From the NCBI GenBank assembly GCA_050633325.1, contig JBOEGH010000005.1:171779-235778 (forward strand): a stretch of DNA of 64,000 nt, given 5' to 3'. The notes beneath the pieces are model-generated. The model was not told the origin of the DNA. It searched no databases and saw only the letters and a program-made list of their open reading frames with translations. This document shows positions 10,143-21,700 of the stretch, one piece after another; position 1 is the first letter of the stretch, and each line of letters starts with the position of its first letter. The DNA comes from Alphaproteobacteria bacterium. Its GTDB lineage: Bacteria; Pseudomonadota; Alphaproteobacteria; Micavibrionales; Micavibrionaceae. The position numbers and the translations under genes are program-made.

Positions 10143-11030
10143 TTACTGAGCAGCAGGGGTTAAGTCCATACCAAACGTAGTTCCCCAGAAGTATATAGCC
10201 AAGAACAAGAACAACCAAACAACATCAACAAAATGCCAATACCATGCCGCTGCTTCAAAACCGAAATGCCCTTTCGGGGTAAAGTGACCCTTTTTTGAAC
10301 GTGCCCAACACACGAATAAAAATACTGTACCTACAAAAACATGAAACCCATGAAACCCTGTCGCCATAAAGAAAGTAGACGCATAAATCCCATCAGTAAA
10401 ACCAAAGTGAGAATGAACATATTCGTAAACTTGGAAACACATGAAAAACACGCCAAGGAAAACTGACATCGCCAAAGCCTTGGCAACCTGATCATTTTTT
10501 CCTTCTAAAATCGCATGATGCGCCCATGTCACCGTACAACCGGACAATAATAAAATTAATGTCATCAATAACGGCAAGTCCAAAGGATCAATCGTATGTA
10601 TACCTTCGGGCGGCCAAACAAAACCAATCTGTTCTGTCGGGAAGAATGCCGCATTAAAGTACGCCCAGAAAAATGCCACAAAGAACATTACTTCTGATGC
10701 AATAAACAAAGACATACCATAACGCATACCGATCAAAGCAATAGGTGTATGTGCTTTTTCTACGACAGATTCGCGAATAACGTCTCTCCACCACCCAAAC
10801 ATAACCAATAAAATCGCAAGAACACCCGCATAAATACCATTTAAACCCACGGCAATACCCTTATTACCATTCGCAGGGTCTGCAAACAGGTGAACTTCAT
10901 GCATATACATCACCATACCAACAGCAAACAAACCACCCGCAGCAGAAGCAGCCAAAGGCCAGATACTAGGGTTAACTATATGATAAGGGTGAGGTTTTCC
11001 AGTCGTAGTATATTCTATATTTTCGGCCAT
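10143..11030 (-). CDS. ctaE: aa3-type cytochrome c oxidase subunit III
   Basis: 295 aa and seven TM helices, with the motif ATGFHGFHVFVGT and a WYWHFVDVVW C-terminus. Confidence 0.95.
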   Translation of the reverse strand: MAENIEYTTTGKPHPYHIVNPSIWPLAASAAGGLFAVGMVMYMHEVHLFADPANGNKGIAVGLNGIYAGVLAILLVMFGWWRDVIRESVVEKAHTPIALIGMRYGMSLFIASEVMFFVAFFWAYFNAAFFPTEQIGFVWPPEGIHTIDPLDLPLLMTLILLLSGCTVTWAHHAILEGKNDQVAKALAMSVFLGVFFMCFQVYEYVHSHFGFTDGIYASTFFMATGFHGFHVFVGTVFLFVCWARSKKGHFTPKGHFGFEAAAWYWHFVDVVWLFLFLAIYFWGTTFGMDLTPAAQ

Positions 11031-11214
11031 AATTTAACTTCTTGTTGCGAGAAAAGTAACTATTAATTTTATAACTTTATTTTTAAAAAAGATATAACAG
11101 TATTACGCAATTTCCTGCGTTTTTCAAGGTCTACAAAAATACACAGATAATGGCCACCAAATTACTTTCCAAAAGGAAAAATATACAATCACATATTGAT
11201 CACATTAGTTAATG

Positions 11215-11850
11215 TTACTCATCATCGTAAAACTTCTCCAATGCATTATCCAATGCCTTGGAATCAGCCTTAAAAAAGCTGTAAGATAAAGTAATAACCT
11301 TTACATCATCCATATTACGGTCTTCATGCATTTTAGGATCAACATAAAACAATACAGGCATATTCACCTTTTGGTTCGGCCCTAATACTTGCTCATCAAA
11401 GCAAAAGCACTGTATTTTGTGAAAATACTTGCCAGCCTTTAAAGGTGTCACATTAAAAGTGGCCGTTCCGGCAGTAGATGTGTTAGATCGATTAACAGCA
11501 ACAAAATTAGAGAAGCCTCTTTCACCCAATTTTATATTTACAGATAAATCCTCAGGACGAAAATTCCACGGTAGATCACGCGCCGTATTACCATCAAAAC
11601 GTACAGTAATATCACGATCTATAATATCTTCTACATTTGGCAAAATTTCTGCTTTTTGTGTCGTACCACTCCACCCCGTAACACGACAGAAAACGCTATA
11701 TAAAGGAACAGACGCAAAAGATAGACCAATCATAAAACAAACAATAGCCACAACAGAAAAAGCCGTTTTGGCATTTTTCTTCGCCAAGTCTTGGTGATTT
11801 TCACTCACGCCTGCATGGACAATTTCATCTGATATCGTTTTTTTATTCAT
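11215..11850 (-). CDS. ctaG: cytochrome c oxidase assembly protein CtaG/Cox11 (CuB insertion)
   Basis: Single N-terminal TM helix, the CFCF copper motif (KIQCFCFDEQVL) and VITLSYSFF. Confidence 0.9.
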   Translation of the reverse strand: MNKKTISDEIVHAGVSENHQDLAKKNAKTAFSVVAIVCFMIGLSFASVPLYSVFCRVTGWSGTTQKAEILPNVEDIIDRDITVRFDGNTARDLPWNFRPEDLSVNIKLGERGFSNFVAVNRSNTSTAGTATFNVTPLKAGKYFHKIQCFCFDEQVLGPNQKVNMPVLFYVDPKMHEDRNMDDVKVITLSYSFFKADSKALDNALEKFYDDE

Positions 11851-11893
11851 ATAAAATCTTATACGCGTTTCTGGAAAGAAATAAAACCTACAT

Positions 11894-11921
11894 AAAAAAA
11901 CAGCCCGTAAATAACGGACTG
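11894..11921 (-). terminator. intrinsic terminator after the acidic secreted protein gene
   Basis: On the minus strand cagtccg-ttattta-cgggctg (one G-U pair) is followed by ttttttt, 28 bp downstream of the stop at 11949. Confidence 0.65.
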
Positions 11922-11948
11922 CGAATATAAATAAATCTTATCTCAATA

Positions 11949-12569
11949 TTACAAATTAGCCGGATCAAAATCAGGGGCATCTTCAGGCATCACCACTTTT
12001 TTCTTTGGTGCACCTTCACTTGTATCGTCTGACGGAATAGGCTTTTCAACAAGGTCAGGGCCTGCATCTTCTTGAGCATCATTTATAACCTCAACTTCAG
12101 GTGCAGTATCTTTCTTATTATCAGATGAAACAGCAGAAACTTCTACATTTTCTTCTTCATCACTATCCATTTCCATTTTATCATCAGACTTCTTTTCCAA
12201 ACTATTCTGATAAGCTTCAGTTTCCGATGCATATACCTTACCCACAGTACCTCTATATAATTCGATAGCCTCAACACGTGGGTTTTCAAAATTCTCGCGT
12301 CTTTGATCCAATGATTCACGCAGATCTTTTGCACTCTCTCTAAATGCTACCTGTCTACCATATATATCATAATATTTTGAACCATCCGTTGAAACAGTAC
12401 CAGTAACAGCATCACCGGCAGTAGGGAGAGAGTCGATCAACTCACTTGCCTCTTCAAGCGTTATAACCTTATCCTTTTTGTCATCCTGACCATCATCAGC
12501 ATAGGAAAATGAAACAGGAACAGTGGCAAAAGCCACAATAAAGCAGGCAACACAAGTATAAAGTCTCAT
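11949..12569 (-). CDS. secreted acidic hypothetical protein
   Basis: 206 aa with a signal peptide (MRLYTCVACFIVAFATVPVSFSYA-DD) and a very D/E-rich mature part. No family recognised. Confidence 0.6.
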   Translation of the reverse strand: MRLYTCVACFIVAFATVPVSFSYADDGQDDKKDKVITLEEASELIDSLPTAGDAVTGTVSTDGSKYYDIYGRQVAFRESAKDLRESLDQRRENFENPRVEAIELYRGTVGKVYASETEAYQNSLEKKSDDKMEMDSDEEENVEVSAVSSDNKKDTAPEVEVINDAQEDAGPDLVEKPIPSDDTSEGAPKKKVVMPEDAPDFDPANL

Positions 12570-12624
12570 CGAAAAACTCCGAAATTAATAAAACAACTAA
12601 TACACACTACAGTATAATTTCAAT

Positions 12625-13413
12625 TTAATCAAAGCGTTCTATAGGATTAGGAGCAAAAGATTGAACAGTTGGCATGATTTCCATACGATTTACATTGAAA
12701 TATGGAGGCAATGTAGCACTCCAAACTATCGCTTCTGCTACATCATCGGCATTCATGTTATTAGTATTTGCATAAACAGCATCAGCGCGTTTTTCATCGC
12801 CCTTAAAGCGAACTTTAGAGAACTGAGTCTCTATTGCCCCGGGTTCAATATTAGTCACCCTTACATTTGTACCCTGCAAATCGCCACGCAAAGACAATGA
12901 GAACTGCTTTACAAATGCTTTAGTCGCGCAGTAGATATTCCCTCCGGGATATGGGTAATTACCTGCAATAGATCCGATATTAATTATATGACCACATTTG
13001 CGCTCTGCCATTCCCGATATAATCAGACGAGTCATGCGTACCAATGCCATATTATTAACCGCAATCATTGTCTCCCAATCTTCCAGATCGCATTCCTGCG
13101 CAGGCTCAAGACCAAGAGCAAGACCAGCATTATTAATCAATAAATCAATATTTTCAAATTCATTAGGTATAGATTCAATAGCCTCAACCATCGCCTCTTT
13201 ATCCTTAATATCAAACGCGCATTGATATGTTTCGACGCTATATTCCGTACTTAGACTATCAGAAAGAGTTTTTAGCTTATCCGCATTACGACCAAATAAA
13301 ATTAACTTTGATCCAAGTGCTGCAAATCGATGTGCAAAAGCCTTACCAAAATCACCCGTTGCCCCTGTAATAAGAACAACATTAGGAACATATTGATATC
13401 GATTTTCATACAT
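12625..13413 (-). CDS. SDR family oxidoreductase (YdfG/serine 3-dehydrogenase-like)
   Basis: Has the TGATGDFGKAF (TGxxxGxG) and YCATKAF (YxxxK) motifs. The track start at 13422 is a GTG. The ATG at 13413 (MYENRYQ) lies 1 nt after the stop of the upstream small ORF. Confidence 0.8.
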   Translation of the reverse strand: MYENRYQYVPNVVLITGATGDFGKAFAHRFAALGSKLILFGRNADKLKTLSDSLSTEYSVETYQCAFDIKDKEAMVEAIESIPNEFENIDLLINNAGLALGLEPAQECDLEDWETMIAVNNMALVRMTRLIISGMAERKCGHIINIGSIAGNYPYPGGNIYCATKAFVKQFSLSLRGDLQGTNVRVTNIEPGAIETQFSKVRFKGDEKRADAVYANTNNMNADDVAEAIVWSATLPPYFNVNRMEIMPTVQSFAPNPIERFD

Positions 13414-13414
13414 T

Positions 13415-13546
13415 TTAAACACTCATTTTTATAATACTAATAACCCAAATCAAGGCAACAAAACCAAAGATAATTGCAAGAACCGCATAGTTCTTTTTTG
13501 ATTTCTTCTTATGAATTTCGCTTTTATGGGAATCATCACGTGGCAT
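13415..13546 (-). CDS. 43-aa single-pass membrane protein (not in the ORF track)
   Basis: Hand translation gives MPRDDSHKSEIHKKKSKKNYAVLAIIFGFVALIWVISIIKMSV, a basic N-terminus followed by one hydrophobic helix. The ATG overlaps the ctaB stop by 11 nt and the stop lies 1 nt before the SDR ATG. Confidence 0.5.
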   Translation of the reverse strand: MPRDDSHKSEIHKKKSKKNYAVLAIIFGFVALIWVISIIKMSV

Positions 13547-14447
13547 TTATCATCACCGCCAAAAATAGTGCAAATAAGTAAAATATCGAATAACGAAACA
13601 TCAATCTCGCATGCTTCAAGTCATCGGAATAATATACTTTAATTGCTGTTAAGATAAAGAAACCGCTCAGGGCAATCGCACTTGCCAGATAAACAACACC
13701 AGACACACCCATGAAATAAGGTAATAAAGTAATTGGAAACAAAATAATCGTATAAATAATCATTTGCATCTTTGTTGCACGTATACCTGCGACCACAGGC
13801 ATCATAGGAATCTTTGCCGCCTTATAATCTGAGTTAGCGAATAAAGACAATGCCCAAAAATGCGGTGGTGTCCAAAAGAATATAACCGCAAACAGAACTA
13901 CTGCCTCTATAGTAACATCACCTGTTACTGACGCCCAACCAACTATTGGCGGGAATGCCCCTGCTGCACCACCGATAACAATGTTTTGCGGTGTAGAGCG
14001 CTTTAGCCACATTGTGTACACAACCACATAGAATAAATTTGCAAATGCCAAAATACCAGCAGCAACCCAATTAAGAGCCACCCCCATAAGCATCACAGAG
14101 AACACTGACAGCACAATACCAAAGGTTAAAGCTTCACTAGCATCAACGCGGCCCATCGGTATTGGTCGACCACGCGTACGCTTCATAATCATATCTATAT
14201 CACGGTCATACCACATATTTATCGCACCAGCAGCACCAGCATTAACCGCAAGACATAACATCGCAATAACAATCAAAAACGGATGCATTTCAAACGCACC
14301 GGGCGCAACCCATAAACCAGCAAAACCTGAAAACACAACAAGGCTCATCACGCGTGGCTTTAACAAGGAAAAAAAATCGCTCACACGGGATTCTTTCCCG
14401 CCATAAACATCCTTCAAATCACTATTTTGCGCAATTACATCTGCCAT
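13536..14447 (-). CDS. ctaB: protoheme IX farnesyltransferase (heme O synthase)
   Basis: 303-aa polytopic UbiA-superfamily protein (MWYDRDIDMIMKRTRGRPIP) lying between ctaD and the rest of the cta cluster. Confidence 0.92.
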   Translation of the reverse strand: MADVIAQNSDLKDVYGGKESRVSDFFSLLKPRVMSLVVFSGFAGLWVAPGAFEMHPFLIVIAMLCLAVNAGAAGAINMWYDRDIDMIMKRTRGRPIPMGRVDASEALTFGIVLSVFSVMLMGVALNWVAAGILAFANLFYVVVYTMWLKRSTPQNIVIGGAAGAFPPIVGWASVTGDVTIEAVVLFAVIFFWTPPHFWALSLFANSDYKAAKIPMMPVVAGIRATKMQMIIYTIILFPITLLPYFMGVSGVVYLASAIALSGFFILTAIKVYYSDDLKHARLMFRYSIFYLFALFLAVMINAT

Positions 14448-14476
14448 ATATTCTATTTACCACATTAACCGTAAAA

Positions 14477-16935
<2,459 letters not shown>

Positions 16936-17061
16936 TATAAAATCTTCTTGTTTTTTATGTAAAAATCGAAAATACGTACACAGATACCGATTATATGAAC
17001 GAGAATATACCACTGAAAAAGCAGTATTGAACAGGGTGATTTTTAGTTTTTTTCAATCTAT

Positions 17062-17799
17062 CTACTTAGAAGTAACCATTTTTGCATATGAAAGACACGC
17101 AACGGCCGCCGTTTCCGCCCTTAATATATCATCACCCAAATTTACAAAGCTCATCCCTTTATCAGATTTCAAACAAGAAACCTCATCACTATCAAAGCCA
17201 CCTTCAGGCCCAACCATAAATGCACAACCACCATCATATGATAATGAAGATAGCGGAACACTAACATTATCACGCTCCAGACAAACCATTAAAGGAATGC
17301 CTCCTACAACACCCCCCTTGCGCGACAAAACTTCCGATAACTTTTGAATTGGATGCAAAGTCGGCACATCCAAACGCTCGCATTGCTCTGATGCTTCAAT
17401 AATTTGAGAACAAATACGCTCCTCATTTATCTTTCTGTTTTCTGTTCTGTTAAATATAACCGGATACAATTCTGTAACGCCAAGCTCCACCGATTTCTCT
17501 ATTAAAAAATCCATTCGCTGCTTTTTAATTGGTGAAAAAAACAACAACAAAGGAGGTCTTGATTCACCCTGCTCCCTTACCTTCTGTGTTAAAATGGCAA
17601 CACCATTTTTCTTCTTAATATCATCAATACGTGCAAGCCACTCACCATCCACACCATTAAACACACGCAGAAAATCCCCAGAACCCTTGCGCAAGACATT
17701 CTTTAGATAATGGGAATGATTAGAATTCAAAAGAATTTCTTCATTTTGCGAAAATGGTGCGTTGATATATAGGCGCGTATACTTGTATAAATTTTCCAT
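17062..17799 (-). CDS. rsmE: 16S rRNA (uracil1498-N3)-methyltransferase
   Basis: The RsmE-like sequence starts at Met60 of the track ORF (MENLYKYTRLYINAPF...). The C-terminal SPOUT motif is FMVGPEGGFDSDEV...LGDDILRAETAAV. Confidence 0.85.
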   Translation of the reverse strand: MENLYKYTRLYINAPFSQNEEILLNSNHSHYLKNVLRKGSGDFLRVFNGVDGEWLARIDDIKKKNGVAILTQKVREQGESRPPLLLFFSPIKKQRMDFLIEKSVELGVTELYPVIFNRTENRKINEERICSQIIEASEQCERLDVPTLHPIQKLSEVLSRKGGVVGGIPLMVCLERDNVSVPLSSLSYDGGCAFMVGPEGGFDSDEVSCLKSDKGMSFVNLGDDILRAETAAVACLSYAKMVTSK

Positions 17800-18721
17800 G
17801 ACAAAAACAATAAACACCAAAGACCACACTGATATCAAGAGACTTGTATGGATTGAGAAGTTTATACCCACTTCAACACGTCCATATGCATACTTAATGC
17901 GTTTGGACAGACCTATCGGAATTTGGTTGCTGCTTTTACCGGGATTATGGGGAATATCTTTGGCGTCAAATGGCATACTAAACCTAAGACCTACCGAGTA
18001 CTATATACCATTATTATTTGTAATCGGCGCAATCATTATGCGTGGTGCTGGGTGCGTTGTTAACGATTTATGGGATCGTGACTTAGATAAAATGGTTGAA
18101 AGAACCAAGAACCGGCCAATCGCAAGTGGTGATATAACGCCCATCAAGGGCACTATATTTATGGCTACATTGTTGCTTATAGGGCTTGCTATATTAATAC
18201 AACTTAACACAACAACCATAATATTAGGCATATTCAGTATTCCACTAATAATATCATACCCCCTAATGAAACGAATTACATGGTGGCCACAAGCGTTCCT
18301 TGGGCTAACCTTTAATTTCAGCGCATTAATGGGGTACTGTGCAATTACCAACGAAATCACAATATCTGCAGCTTTACTGTATTTGGGTGGGATATTCTGG
18401 ACACTTGGCTATGACACAATCTATGCGCACCAAGATAAAGAAGATGATTTAATGGCAGGAATAAAATCCACGGCATTAAAGTTTGGAAAAAACAGCAAAT
18501 TATGGATATCTGTATTCTACACACTCAGCATTACATCCATATTATGCGCACAAGCTACGGAACATGGGTTATCAATAAAACACGCCATAGCAATAATACC
18601 AATCATGCACCTAACATGGCAAATATACACATGGAACACGGCCAGTCAGCAAAGCTCCCTGTCCATTTTTAAATCCAATCAAGTAACCGGCATTCTCGTG
18701 CTAATAATACTAAGTGTATAA
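17798..18721 (+). CDS. ubiA: 4-hydroxybenzoate polyprenyltransferase
   Basis: Has YLMRLDRPIGIWLLLLPGLWG and NDLWDRDLDKMVERTKNRP (NDxxDxxxD). The likely start is the ATG at 17798 (MTKTINT). Confidence 0.9.
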   Translation: MTKTINTKDHTDIKRLVWIEKFIPTSTRPYAYLMRLDRPIGIWLLLLPGLWGISLASNGILNLRPTEYYIPLLFVIGAIIMRGAGCVVNDLWDRDLDKMVERTKNRPIASGDITPIKGTIFMATLLLIGLAILIQLNTTTIILGIFSIPLIISYPLMKRITWWPQAFLGLTFNFSALMGYCAITNEITISAALLYLGGIFWTLGYDTIYAHQDKEDDLMAGIKSTALKFGKNSKLWISVFYTLSITSILCAQATEHGLSIKHAIAIIPIMHLTWQIYTWNTASQQSSLSIFKSNQVTGILVLIILSV

Positions 18722-18737
18722 GATCCTTACAACGGAA

Positions 18738-21700
18738 CTAAATGCATAGATTACGCAAGCGCTGCTCAACAACTGTCAACATTGTTAAATCAATTGTACC
18801 TGCACGATGTAGGTTAGCAAAAAGAGGATCTAATTGCGTTACATGGTGCTCGTTCTTATCCAGCCAAGCATCAAACACAGAACCATCTTTTACCTTCTTA
18901 CCGACATCACGTAAAACACGAACAGTAAGGCCAGCCTGACATCCGTAAAGCTGCCCCATCAAACCATTAGCAGCCTCACTTTGCCAATAATCACCCTGCG
19001 GCAAGAAACGCGCTTTTTGACGCAACCAATCCAAATGGAAACGCTCACCAACATAGAAGTATGTCTGTGCAGCAACCTTCAAATCTACTTTTTGTTCTGT
19101 TGCTATACGTATTATGTCACATGCAGAAGACAAAACAGGCATCAATGCGATTTGACGTGCTAATTCTACTGGTAACCCATCGGAAACAGCGACATTTTGA
19201 CGTTGAGCTATTGTTGTTTGCAGGCTCTCCGGAACTAATTTATCCAACTCTTTAGACAACACCTTAACGCCTGCACCAAATTCTTTAGCATCCTTATTGA
19301 TGTCCAAATTACGCCCTAAACGTGTTAAGAACCAAGTTATACCATATTCTGAAAGGTGAACGATTTCACGCATAGCCTTAAGCTGCACCTGCGCTGGTAC
19401 GCTGCCATCCAAGTCCTCGATACTGTCCCATAACGGACGCAAACCAAACGCATCCCTAACGATAATATATGCACGCGCAATATCATTAACAGTTGCACCG
19501 GTTTTATTCATACGAGACTTCAAGAATGTAGGGCCCATACGATTAATCAATGAATTCGCCATCATCGTCGCGATAATTTCACGCTTCAACCTGTGACGTA
19601 ATATTTCTTTCTCATACTTCTTACCCAATACATCCGGGAAGTAATCCATAATCCAATAATTCATTTCCGGACTATCAGGAATATCTGAATTTAAAAGATC
19701 TTGCGTCAGGTTAATTTTTGCATATGCAAAAACCACACAAAGCTCAGGACGTGTAAGTCCCTTACCCATGCGCAATCTTTCTTGGATAATACTTTGATCA
19801 GGTAGTCCTTCTATTTCTCGATTAAGACCAACTTCACGTTCCATATCCTGAATAAACTCATCATGTAACTGTAAGTTTTCAGGTGCTTGCATTTCCATCA
19901 AGGAAATCGCCTGTGCTTGCTGGTAATTATGTCTCAAAACATGATCAGCAACTTCATCGGTCATCTTTTCCAACAGCTTATTACGCGCAGAAAGATTCAT
20001 TGCATGGTCTTTTTGCTCCATAACATCGCGCATAAGAATTTTAATATTCACCTCATGATCAGATGAATCAACACCGGCAGAATTATCTAAAAAGTCTGTA
20101 TTAACGCTTACGCCATTTTCAGACATTTCAATACGCGCAAGTTGAGTTACACCAAGGTTAGCACCTTCACCGATAACTTTTGCACGAACTTCACATGCAT
20201 CAATACGAAGAGCATCACTAGCCTTATCACCTGCATCTGCGTCGCTTTCACTTGATGCTTTGATATATGTACCAATGCCACCAAACCACAACAGATCTGT
20301 ACGTGATTTCAATATCGCACGAATTAAACAATCCGGTGTTACACTGCTCTCACTCAGATCAAAACGCTTTTGAATTTCAGGGGTCAATTTTAACGTCTTA
20401 TCGCTACGTTTGAAAATACGCCCGCCCTTTGACAAGAGCTTTTCATTATATTGATCCCAGCCACCACAAATGTCGAACAACCTTTTACGCTCCGCAAAGG
20501 TTTTTGCGGCGTCAGGATCAGGATCACAGAATATGTGTAAATGATTAAACGCACCGGTCAACTGTATGTGTTCTGATAACAACATACCATTGCCAAAGAC
20601 ATCACCGCCCATATCACCAACACCAACAACATCAAACGGTTGGTTTTGAGTGTCATGATTAAATAAACGGAAATGATATTTTACGGACTCCCATGCTCCA
20701 CGCGCAGTGATCCCCATTTTCTTATGATCGTAACCGGCAGATCCACCAGATGCAAATGCATCATCAAGCCAAAAACCATAATCCTGAGATAATCCATTAG
20801 CAATATCAGAGAATGTAGCAGTCCCCTTATCCGCAGCTACAACCAGATATGGATCATCGCCGTCGCGACGAACTACATTCTTAGGAGGGATAATTTTCTT
20901 ACCCGATCTGTTGTCGGTTATATCCAACATTCCACTAATGAAAATCTTGTAACATTCAACACCTTCTGCCATAAATTCTTCGCGGCTATTCGTTGGTGTT
21001 TTTACAACAAAACCACCCTTTGAACCCATAGGAACAATAACAGAGTTTTTAACCATCTGCGCCTTCATCAGGCCTAGTACCTCGGTACGATAGTCTTCAT
21101 GACGATCAGACCAACGCAAACCACCACGGGCAATTTTATCACCGCGCAAGTGAATAGCCTCAACACGTGGTGAGAAAACAAAAATCTCACGGAATGGCTT
21201 AGGCAACGGCATATCGTTAATCTGGCTACAATCAAACTTCAATGCCAAACATGGCTTGGCTTTGCCACATTCTTGAGTTTGGAAGAAGTTTGTTCGTATT
21301 GTCGCATGTATCAATTCAACAATCATACGCAAAATACGATCATAGTCACTTAGCTTGACCTGCTCCAACTCGCGCATAATTTTGCTCTCACAGGCTTCGA
21401 CCAATATTTCAGACTTATCACCATGCTCAGGATCATGATAAGCTCTAAACAGATCGATCAAAAGACGACTAATCTTCGGGTTTTCCGAAAGCACTTTTTC
21501 TATATATGTTCTACTAAACGGAAAGCGCAGTTGCTTAACATATCTAACATAGGCGCGTAAAATAGTTATTTCATGCCAATTAGCACCGGCACTAAGCACC
21601 AAACGATTCAACCCGTCATTATTCGTTTCACCATCCCAAACTTTTATAAAGGCTCTCTCAAAGTTCTCTTTAACATCTTGAACAACGACAAAGTCTTCTA

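Noticed and set aside
17800-17976. 59-codon N-terminal extension of the rsmE track ORF (and the 17762 start of ubiA)
   Set aside because: The extension has no RsmE homology and lies antisense to the conserved UbiA N-terminus. RsmE-like sequence starts at MENLYKYTRLY.
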